Shown one piece after another: positions 12,562 to 24,500 of a stretch of 64,000 nucleotides of DNA; position 1 is the stretch's first letter, and each line of letters starts with the position of its first letter. The notes below the pieces were generated by a model. That model made no database searches. It saw only the letters and a list, made by a program, of their open reading frames with translations, and was not told the origin of the DNA. The DNA is from Phoronis australis (lineage: Eukaryota; Animalia; Phoronida), in assembly GCA_002633005.1 (NCBI GenBank), contig NMRA01000009.1, positions 1,991,366-2,055,365 of the forward strand, read 5' to 3'. The position numbers and the translations under genes were made by a program.

Positions 12562-15500
12562 TTAACTAGCAGACCCGCCTTTCAAGGCTAAGTTGCCAGT
12601 ATATACACGCCTTCCCTTCAGAGGCTGTGCAGGTCGGAAGTTGTTATCCATGTGGTCATCCAAATGGATCTTGGTGCGAAACATTTCCACCTGAAATTAT
12701 ACAATAGTTAGAAAATGTGTTGTGGCCTGCACAATCAAACTGAAGATCTCTGCATGTTTGTTGGTCCTGCTTTTAGTGCCATTGTCACATTTTTACGACG
12801 TAACTGAGTTTCATGAGTAGCAACTAAACATTGCTTAAAACTGCATAACTTGTTTATGTATTCATGTAGGTGGAAATAGGTCGCAGACTCGTTTTTAGGT
12901 ACCCTGTGCTCATGTCGAAAAGAAAAATGACGTCGAAATGTTTTTGCTTGAATTTCTGTGTATTTTACATTCGATGGTGGTTGCGAGGCGAGGACAATTT
13001 ACTTGCATTTGATTGTTGTCGTTGGAGTGAAGGCGAGGATTTTAACGTTGAACACAATGACCAAGAAGGTCAATTTTTATCAATAAAATTTGATGACATC
13101 CCCAGGATAACGAGGTTGTTAATGTACGTGTGTACTAGTGGCGATCTTTCGTACTCTTCCTACCACCTGATTTGTTCTCTATGAAGTGATTTCAACATCT
13201 GTTGTGCATGGATGAGTGCATTTTCAGTTGTTGGGCAATTTTAATTTTTACCTGGTCTTCAAGGGACTAACTGGTAAAAGCGGTTGGAATATGGCGAGCA
13301 CGAGTTTACAAGAACAGGTGAAAGAGAGGACTTACTGTGAGTTAACGGGTTGATAGATTCTTGGAGCAAGAGCAACTCCGAAATGATCAAGAAAGTTTTT
13401 TGGCCGTGGGAATCTGCCAACTGGACATGCTAATCAACACCAAAAATCACGTGATTTGATTGTTGGTTGCAGTGAATACAAATCTATACAGACGGGGTTG
13501 TGATAGATATAGAAGAAGTGGTAGAATTTGGAAAGGCATTATGCCATCTACACAAATGACGTTACAAACTCTCTGTATTGGTGCACGTGCGACTGTGGAA
13601 TCCAGTCGATCTACGATTCCGAATGCGCTGAAGCCAGCTACCCTCCCAATGAACAAAGGCAATGAGCCGCGGCTCATGTCAAGTGTAAGAACGGTCGCTT
13701 GTCCTTGTCAAGAGGCGCACGTATGGAAGCTACTAGTGTGAGCAAAATGTTTAACCAAGCGTCCTCGCAAGTATGTGCTTGATTGTTATGACTCTATTGC
13801 GGCATGTAAATGTATTTTTGATTTTATTATGATATATTTTTAACTATACACATGCCCATGTTGTCTAATGCTCTGTCCTGATTTCTTTGAATGCAGGTGT
13901 ATTTTTCCTAGCAATACTTAAGTTTTATTTTAGAATAAATGTTATAATTAAAAGTACATCTTGGTTTAGAGCATATATTCGTTGCAATCACTGAATATTT
14001 TGGTAGAGGTCAATCAAGCAGTTGTTATGTTATGAGCAAGTTACTTTTCACACTTGACTTTGAATGATTTTGTCTAAAACGTGACTCTCACCACATTTAG
14101 GAATATACGGCAAACATTTTTAAGTCTGATTCGCACACCACTTGAGGCCACGTGACCTAACGAACTTAAGTTTGCTCGGTTTGTAAAAGGTCTCGCGTTC
14201 GAGTCCTAGCCGGAGCATAAATCTTTTAAGGTTTATATTCGTTAGGTCACGTGATGTGACCACAGGTAGCGTGTGGACGATATGCGATCTATAATTTCAT
14301 GCGGGTTCAAGATTTGCGTATTCATATTTATGAATATACATACCAAACTAGATATTCTGACTACTAATAGAATCAAATATGTTCTGGTGTTTAAACCAAA
14401 TTTTATTTAACTGCTACTGAAGCATGTTTTCTGATTTCAATGCCCCGAGGCTTGTGAAATACACTGTACCCTTTTTCCAGTTTAGCGTTATTTTCATATT
14501 ATATTAACAATTTATTTTATAAATACGACAACTGAATGTATGAGAAAAGTAATGGAATTGAGTTATGATTAGATAAAAGAACGAAAAAGATTAAAATATG
14601 ATTTTAATATTTTGGTTTTGTAAGCATTACATCGCTATGTAAGGCAGTAATTGCGTTCAGCTCCAGTGTAGTTTTGGTGAGTGAAGGTGACGCTCGCAAG
14701 TTGGTTCGTACCACCCCCGAATACACTACCTGCTGATTTATTGCAAGTCCTTCTCCCGGCACACTCTTCAATCTTCAGGTTTTATACACTCGGTGGAATT
14801 GGGATTGGAGCCACGTGAACCCAGTTTTTTAAGCTCACAACCAGTAAAAATGACACGTGTCACCTGATCAAGCATTGTTGAAAGCAACAACTAATTACAA
14901 CACTTCCAGATCATTGATAGTTATTCTTAAATAACAATTCAAAACCTATGAATGAACACGAAAAATATCTCGCGTTCTCTGCATGTGCCATATAATTGGC
15001 TAAACTTAACCTCAGACATAGCGCCACCTATACTGAAAAGTGGCCCTGTGGAAACATGAACGATACACGGAATTCTGTGTGTGGGTATCAATGCGCATGC
15101 CTTGGTCGCTACCACTTGCACACGTCTTAATGCACCGAACTTGTTTGGGCTTAAGACACTGCATTGGGGTTCCATTGAGTTTGTTTAGTACTTCGACCAC
15201 TGCCCGTTTTAATAAGTTGCAACTGTATTCACGTCAAAGGTGGTCACCATATTACTCAACAGTAATCTGAAAGGGGTTTTCCAGATTCCAACCAATGGGA
15301 ATGACTGAATGTTATGACGTCGGTTTCATTACGTTTACCAATGAGAAGCTATGTTAAACAACAGTGGTACCTTTCATAGCACTGTAAAAGAGTGTACATG
15401 TATGCTAAACTCACTTGATTTGATCCTATATCAAGAGGTTTCGAAAACACAGTCCACGTGACTGCTTCGGAGCATGGCGGAGTTGTCAGACTTCCCTTGT

Positions 15501-18500
15501 AGCGGTAGTAACTTCCTAGATCTGTTTGATTCAACATGAGATCTTCGAGAACTATGTTGTCCACAACCTTGGTGTTCCCTTAATTGAAGATAATAACGAC
15601 TCAATAAATTATAAACCCATTATCTAATTTAAGTTTCTCATCGTATGAGGTAGCATTTTCGCTAGCATCACGTCGCAAGGGTCACTTTTGACGGCGTTTT
15701 GCTGGAGCTTTGAGTTTTGGCTAGCGCTCTTGACAGTGGTCAGACCTCTTACTTCATAGGATACTCATGCGTAAGGGTAAGAGGCATTTGTTCAACAGAG
15801 AGTGAACGTGTTTTGACATCAAATTGCGCTTAAAAGCGACTCGGTTGGTAACGAAGGAAACAAAAACTGACTCCGTGGCGAAAATTGCCCCTTCGCAGAC
15901 GGCGTGCGTTGTATGGCAAAACACTAACATTTTCGTTAGCATTTTAGCCAGGGAAATTGCTAGCATTTTCAGGGTGCTTAAAAACTGACAGTTTCATTAT
16001 TGTGCTTCGCACGGGTACCAGCTAGTGTAAGGGAATCAGGTTTATCCGGTTTACGATAGCCGTGGCAAGTAGCCGGCCTGTTGATACATGCTTCAGGCAA
16101 GAAACAAAAATATCACGTAAAAGCTGTGCTGTTGTCAATACGTTTAAGTATTATTTGCTATTGTCATCCACTTTTTCTCTATTGAACTTCATTTGTTGTT
16201 GAATGCCGTTGTTATAGTCATTTCACCGTACACAAATGTGATGGTGGTAATACCACGAAGCCTACATATGACGCATTGTGTCTTTATTACCATACCTCTG
16301 TACAGGTCTTTTCATGAATGTACGTTTCACGTGTTTAGCAGTAGTGAACTAAGTCCTCAAGAGATAAAATTGTCTTGGAGCTATTCCTATCGCAGTAGAT
16401 CATAAAGCCGATTGCTGTGCAAACAGATTGTGGCAAAAAGAAAGTGCAGTGGCATTATAGTAAGAAGAATACTTGAATATGAGACTACATCCACATTGGG
16501 CCTACATGGGAAAGTTTACTGGCCCGGCCGCAAATCCACTGGCCACGGACCACCGTGTATTTCGAACGCTGGTCTCACACTGTGCTGTCTTCCAGCAAAT
16601 GGAGTCTAACCGCACGCCTCTTTCAACGTATCCAGTGCCTGATCATGTATTGCACATAGATATTCAAAGGACGTTCAATTGGATTCATGGAGGATTTGTG
16701 TTCGTAGGCAGTAAAGTTCAGCGAACTTCGCCCAATAAAATCCTTTGCTCCTTCTTTTCCAATTATGAAGATGAAGTTTTCTACCAATAATCGAGATTTT
16801 TAGATAATTATTTACAAAAAGGCATTTCCAATCTTGAGTTGTTTTTTCGTAGTAACCAGTACCTGTAAAAGAGAAAAGAAAAACAACGATCAAATATACT
16901 TGAGAACCATTTTGACACATCAGTATTCTCCACGAACAGTTTTAACCTGTCGCTTCAACAGATGTCAGTTCAACAGGGTAGAGTTCAGAAATGCTTGGAC
17001 CTCGCAAAAAATCTAGCCAAAATCACGCGTTCTCATTTGAAATACACGGCATCATGTCACGCAATCTTGCCAAGTCTTGCTTTTTAGCGAAGCCCTAGCG
17101 TTACTAACAGGCAGGTTTGTCGGTGCTTCCATCAGGTTTGAGAAATCCGCAACATAGGGAGTTTTGCCCATAACAATGTCTGCCAGGTAGAGTCCTGTTA
17201 GGTCTCTCTGACAGGTTTGGATTTTCACTGACTATTATATGGCATAACACACACAACAACATGAAAGTGTCACGTATAAAGATATGAATGCAATTCTAGA
17301 CATGATCAATCTTATTTGTGACTTGAAAACTTCTAACCATTAAAAGATAGTGCCCAGCGGGATTATGTCATTCTGTAACAGTCCAATGTGGCAAAGGCTG
17401 ACCCGGATAAAAACCATAAATACCTGACCTGATGCGGGACATCCCGAACATTTGTTTACAACATAGACCATCTTTGTTTACAATTGAATTTGAACCCAAA
17501 ATGTAAAAATGTGGCGATTGTCTACTGTTTACTATGACAATAATATTCCGCAACAGGACTGATTCCACAGCAGGACTTAAACCCCTAAATGAATGATTAA
17601 AACGGGAAACACGAAACTTTTGAACAGTTGACTCTGCGGGCTAGTAGTTGTAAGCCTAAACCCAGACAAAGGAAAACCCCGGCGTGACCTGTATGGGCCT
17701 CGGTTCGTTTTTTACAAAACATGGACAAAAGTGGATTTACATGTATCTATGGCACTGTACTAAAGACTGGAATAAAAGTTGAGATCTTGGCCACTTACCT
17801 CTAATATAAAAGTACTTTTAACGGGAAGAATAGACGAGGAACTCTCACATCGTCATCGCAGTTTTTTAGTAGGTCTCTATAAAGCACGCGACTGCAGCAC
17901 ACAGATTACGCCTACGCGGCGGCAAACAGGTGGCCGTCCCTTCGCTTTACTCGGATTTCAGAAAATTATTCAACGTTGACATAGTTTCTCTGAATTCTCT
18001 CGCCATCGAATATCGAGCACTCAATCTAGTAGGGGTGAACTATAAACAGGCTGCGGACGAAAACTCCGAATAGTAATTTGGCTTCGAGAAAGAAGCGCGT
18101 TCCTCGGATCAACTGAAGCTACCACTTGGTAAGACAAAGGTAATACGAGGTTTTGCGGATGCAGAAGAAGGTGCTTTTCTGTAGCGGCAGCGAATGGGAA
18201 GGAAGCGTCGGGCGGGTGCGGGTGTCCTAGCGGCGGCTCTCGAATTGTTTCTGTCCGACGGAGTCGAATGTCAACATCTGGGTCCGAAATATAGATTACT
18301 TGAGACCATTTTTCGAGCATAGAACTACCCACGGTGTAGGGCAATCATCAACAGGCTGTTCCTTTACTTCACGAAATCACCTCGAATTTCATTAAAGTCC
18401 TTGTTGCAAACTGCCCATGTGGTTCTAGTATCCGAAAATACTTACTACATAAATTCTTATTTTCGACACCCTTTCTTTATATTCTTTTCGCCTTTCTTGC

Positions 18501-21500
18501 CAAAAGCGATTTTTTAACAGTATTTGACCCTTCTCTCTGAGCGTATGATTACCGGTTGTCATCAGTTATTTCCGTACCCATCAGTTCAGGAACTTGTCCT
18601 GAACGCCGCCATTTTTTCCTTGTAACTGAATGTGCTATGGCTTGCTCAAAAAGTCTTCATTATTTTGTTTTATTAGTAATATATCGTGATTCGTTTGCAT
18701 ATGTAGTGTATTTATAGTTTGTAGTTAGTGGTCGTTGATTTTTTTGGAATGTTACGCGTACTTAGTATGTTAAAATAGCATTGGTGTTTAGTTCCTTACG
18801 TAGGCGGGTCGAACCTAGGAACCAATATGGGTCGAANNNNNNNNNNNNNNNNNNNNNNNNNNNNNNNNNNNNNNNNNNNNNNNNNNNNNNNNNNNNNNNN
18901 NNNNNNNNNNNNNNNNNNNNNNNNNNNNNNNNNNNNNNNNNNNNNNNNNNNNNNNNNNNNNNNNNNNNNNNNNNNNNNNNNNNNNNNNNNNNNNNNNNNN
19001 NNNNNNNNNNNNNNNNNNNNNNNNNNNNNNNNNNNNNNNNNNNNNNNNNNNNNNNNNNNNNNNNNNNNNNNNNNNNNNNNNNNNNNNNNNNNNNNNNNNN
19101 NNNNNNNNNNNNNNNNNNNNNNNNNNTTTTTTTATCCCCGTTTGCTGGCTGGTAACAGTACAGGCACTGCTCCAGTCGCACTGACGGCGTTTTCTCGGCC
19201 TGGGTTCCTGAATGAATTGTACTTCCGGGTTCGCGGCAAGTTCAAAATGGCGGTGTTTCTTCGGGTGCGAATCGTGAGTGGCGCGTTTATTTAAACTGTT
19301 TTCGAGTACGGATCGTGTATTAGTTATGGGGTAGGTACTTCTTGGATCCTTATAACATCTTCTAACCATGTAATAAGGGTTAACAACGCGTGAGACAAGG
19401 ACTTTAAGGAACAACGGCGGTTGGTCTCAACTAAGGTTAACCGCTTTAAATGAAAATGCAGAGTAATAGACGTAGCGATTATATCATTTGATGATGATAA
19501 ATTTTGGAGAACGACCAAGTACACATACCTTTGTTAGCGATGGACTGGAGGTTGTCGGTGATAGTTGTAAATGCACTGTTGTCGTTCCCGTCCTCATGGA
19601 GAAAGAATGCAAGGACAGCCAGTCCATCGCTGTGGCTCAATGCTTCCTCCATGGAAGTGTATTTGGTGTTCACGTGAACAATGTGCATCTGAAATTACGA
19701 TTTAGTGTAAAAGTCAAGGCGCTCGTGTCGCTATCTGCAAATTTGAAGTTTGACACAGAGGAGAGAATTCAGATATTGATGGGCATGGTGGCAACATTCG
19801 AAAATGTCCATTTTATTTTTTAAAATGACACACGTGTCTCCTAAAACCACAGTCACTTTGACTGTTCGCTCTATTGTTAAAGAGCTAAAAGTAAGAGAAA
19901 AAATTGCCTTTGTCAGTACTTTTGAAGATATCAAATGACTTGCACCCTCCATCTCGGGAATTCCGCAAATAAAAAATGAAAATTGTCCAGGGTTACCCCA
20001 GGAAGAATGATGTTGTGTTTCCTTTAAACTGTATGGCAATAAATGAATTGAAAACATTGCAACACGCACGAGCGACAAAGCGCGATGGTCGAAGGGAGCG
20101 AAATAAGGAATCATTACTCTGTCAGAAGTGTATATGTATCATTACTGTAGGCCTATTCGCTAACCTGTCAAATTCAAATAAAGAAGATAAAGAACAAGTA
20201 CAACTATCACAAGCTATGACGTGATAAAAATAAGATGTACACGATGCTAGTGGACCCATATCACACAATAGGCTATTATTCTCAAAACGAGGCAGCACAT
20301 GCATCCCTTTCTCCAAGATGGCGGCTGAGCCTAGTGACCTTGGGGGTAACCAGTGTAAACAAAGTATTCACCATTAACACTGTTGCGTGCCAAAGTGTGT
20401 GAGTAATAAGCGAATGCAACCAGAATTGTCCTCTCACTTACTGCCAACTGACGGGACACAGACGCTAAGAAAGGTATGGATTCACAGGATACGACAGGAT
20501 CCTGGCTCTCGTTTCAAGTTTCAGTGTCGCTGACTTGTTTGTTTGCAATCGAGTCTTTGATTCGAGTCAAGATTTATGAGTTACCGTCGTCGATTTACTT
20601 CGATTTATTTTTGTATTCCATCCATCAAATTACTTTTGATATGTCGAGAAAACACGCACGCGTGTGGGCACTGACTCTGTTCTGTGCTTGTGCCGTTAGC
20701 CCGGGTCTGTAAAGGTGCGGTTTGTGTTCTGGACACTGTCACTGACTCAGTGACGGATGAGCCGGGTGTAGCATTCTTAAACGCGATTTACTATAAATTT
20801 TTGACTACAAATCCTTTCAGTTATCACTTGATTAATTAATGTGTGTTAATAATCTCATGTCTTCTGAATACATGTACATCTATATACGCAACGTGTGAAC
20901 TTACTTTCGATTTTTTCGAGTGATGTCCGCAAAAGAACTGGTATGAACCTCGTCTAAACACACTCAATATGCGGAACAATCTTAGTTTCAGCGCATTATT
21001 GCTCCACCTGCTTAAACGTTGGTATATCTTTCAACGACTTTTACCAAAATTTCACCATTGTTTACGCTAACAGATTAGTCAGACGCATGTGAAATCTCGT
21101 TTTGAAATCCGGTAGTCGGAAGTGCGCATGCTTGTAATATAGTAGTATTAACGTACCTCCATCGAGTAATGCCTTGAACTCACAAGATGTTCGGATCCTT
21201 TCGTATCGTTAGTTCCCCAATGGAAGTGCAACGAATCGGCTCTGAACTTGCCGGCTACAGTCGGTAGTGACAATTCTATGCCTTCAGGGAGACTTAAGTC
21301 AACTGCAATTGACGTAACAGAGGTATAATCAGCGGATGCAGTTATGTATTGGCAAAGTTTTAAGATATTGTCCTAAGCAGTTTCAACAATGAAGCTAAGC
21401 TCGACGCATCAAGTGACACGCCATGACACGCTATACACTGTCTTTTCTGGCTATGTTCAGAATTGACATCCAATTTGACTGAAGAAAATTGTCATAAAAG

Positions 21501-24500
21501 TGAGTGGTCTCTTTCATAAGTTAGTTTTTGTGACGGAAGGCTGGTCTGTAGCATCTTAATAAAGCGACATTTGACTTGCTTGGCTTCATAAGTCTTAATT
21601 CCAGTTTATGTAATTCATTTTGTCGTAGTTACCAGATATATCTGGGACCTCAAAATTGCTGGACCCGGTTTGGAGAATAAAACGTCAAAAAATTGAATTT
21701 AGCCGATTTCTATCTGTTATACATCTAAACGGATCGTGATCTTTGAACAGGTACTGTGTGTAACCCAGAAACACATGAAACGGTTTCAAAGAAATATCAA
21801 TGAGCTCAACGTGAACTCTGCTAAATAGGACACTCTTGCGACAATATAATGTCTGATTTAGTACACAAAGACTACGTTTAAGCGTTGAAGTTTTGAGATA
21901 TTTAATGGCCAACTAGTCTCCTGAGTCTCCTGAAAAGTTTATCGCTGGTCTTCATTTACCTGAATGCCCGTTGTTCATCAAAGTTCCCGATAGGCTGCTG
22001 TCATATCCGGTTAGAAATTGAGGCGCCAATAATTTTTCCTCGAGGGTTAAAGTATTAGGCTGAATGTCGATAGGCGACTGGGAGTTCTTCTGACAATCGT
22101 ATCCCCAAGAAGAGGGTCCATTCTCACCACTATACGACCACTCTAAAAAATAAGTTCAAAATAAGTCTGGGAGGGGGCAGAGAGGTAGGGAGAGGGGGGC
22201 AGAGAGGGGAGAAGTAGGGTTGGGCAAGGAGTGTAGGGAGGTAGGCAAGACGGGGGAATGGAGAGGCCGAGGGAAAGACTAAGAGAGTAATTGGGAACAT
22301 GATTACGAAACAGTGTAGTAAATGACTTCTAAATATAGGTTACTGAGAATCATATTTATTTTTCTAAAAACCATCGAGTTCCTCACAATACGTTTAATAA
22401 CTCCGCAACCATTCAATATATTTGTATACATCCCTCACTTTTCACTTGCCGTCAAGTAGAAACCTTCAGTTTCTTCATGTCGATGCTTTTAAAACTACTT
22501 GGATGACGCCATAGGTCATCAGGCCCACAAATTGACAACAAAAATAATATTTGCATTAGGATAACGTGATGTCATTTTTGCCGTATTTGTAGTAGGGTAG
22601 TCACATGAGTGTGACAACCGAATGGCAGCCCAGAAAAGGCAAGAGAACAAGGGGGAGACCAAAGAGACGATGGCGAGACGGCATCATGCAGAGAGATGGG
22701 GCAACTTGGCAAGGACAGCTAAGAACCGAAAACAATGGAGGGATCTGGCGGAGGGCTAATTCCAGCAGTGGAAGGACACAGCCTAGATGACAGATGACAG
22801 TCACATGAGTAAGAAAGACTTTCACATAGAGTCCTTCCAATGCATTTTGAGTCAATATAAATTGTTGGTATTTACCTAGCTGAATAGCTAGATGACACTC
22901 ACGCTCCGTCTTCAATAGAATACCAACAGAGGCAGCTTTGGTCAATTTGGTGTATTTTTCTAAAGATTTTTTGAACCTTTTCATTCGATTTCTATAAACA
23001 TGGAACTATACAAATAACAGCTCCTCAAACTGGAAGTAATGACGCACTGAAAACGTCAAGCAATCCAAGTAACGTGCGTTCACTCGGTTTTCAGTTCTGA
23101 TAACTGCACTCAATGCCCGAAATCCCACACACAAGTTTTGAGCCAGATCCGTTACTAGACAAATTATTTTTTGCCTTAAGCAATGATGGCAGATACGGGT
23201 AATTAAACAAGTGTAACAGCGATTCAGCTGGTCAGACAGGTCAAGTGGGTTTGAATCATTGTGATAAAACTAGACTAAATAGATTGCAGAAAACATTTCA
23301 CAGCAGCCAAAATATCCGAAATTTACCAAAACGCACAAAAGGCTGCATTTCTCTAAAGATGGTTGCGTAAAAAGTCCATGATACATACCTTGTTGCACAT
23401 GCGCCGTCGTAATAGCAGCCGTTGGGAGAGTAGATGGAACAGGGACGGACCCTGTCAAAAACGTGATATTGTTTTAAATGTCCGGCTATACACCATTTAG
23501 TTGATATCATACATTTTCTTCAACTTAAAATGTGTTGATATTCACTGCAAAGTCTACATATTACGTAGTGGTGATGCCAACTTCGTCACTGACTACGAGG
23601 TTTTAGCCTGGGTGTACATGTAATGGTCAAAGAAGTGCAACTATAGACCTAATTCACGCGGCGGACATTAAAATCCAAGGCGAGGCTCACTGCGATAAAC
23701 AAAGCGGAAGTTGACATTGCGTGAGTTAAATGGCCTGTCCTTCGAGTCCAACCTGGATATTAAATCTTAAAAATGTGTCGACAATTAACTACAGAGACGT
23801 AGAAAAATACATTAGAGAACAAGTTAATGCACCAAAGAGTTGTCTGACGAAAGGGTATATTTTTTCGGAAAATTACAGGTTCGAAACATGCTATGTAAAT
23901 ATGACCAAAATTGCGGCGATCGTAGTGTTACGGATAAGGTATTATGCTGAATGCAGGGTTACGTTTCTTCTTGTAAATTATTGATAAAAATGCTTTCTAC
24001 ACGAACAAAGTCACTTGCTCGTATTGTTGACGAGTTCAAGATATATTCGACAGACGGTGGCGGCTCATAACATTTTGCTGTCATGTGCAGTTAGTCACAT
24101 CCGGTTTATTTTGTTGATCAAGAATATCAACATCAAGCATAGCCTGATCCTTGTGAGGCAGAGACTACTGGGATTATCAGTTGATTTGTCATTGATCTGA
24201 AAGAATAATTGATGTTAATAAATATATTTTTATTAAAATAAAAACCAGGATCGTAACTGAAAATAAAATTTTTTTGACCATCAATTCTGCTTTCTTGGTT
24301 TTAATAATTCTTACGTGTATTTCATGACTTTTTGTGTTAGGTTTCAAATATCAATCTGGACCAAGTTGAATTTTAGAATTAAAACACCTAATTCGAGTCG
24401 TTCGTCCAAAGCATAGAGCTCAATTTCAGTTAACTGGACAGAGCAACTATAGTTATCATGTTCTTCCAGGAGACTCGTTCATCCGAGGGAAAGGTGCCTG

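Noticed and set aside
13335-13775. Exon-like, Cys-containing stretches in the last CA intron (plus strand ..[10 protein letters not shown]..; minus strand CPVGRFPRP..)
   Set aside because: The plus-strand frames have in-frame stops, the minus-strand segment has phases incompatible with the phase-0 CA intron, and no family is recognisable. Possibly a decayed TE or gene fragment.
16400-18620. ORFs 16473-16790, 16675-16920 and 18021-18344 inside a CA intron
   Set aside because: The CA exons on either side join without them and no domain is recognisable. Probably decayed mobile DNA next to the assembly gap, but I cannot classify it.
18762-19414. Long ORFs spanning the first N run
   Set aside because: Artefacts of translating an assembly gap.
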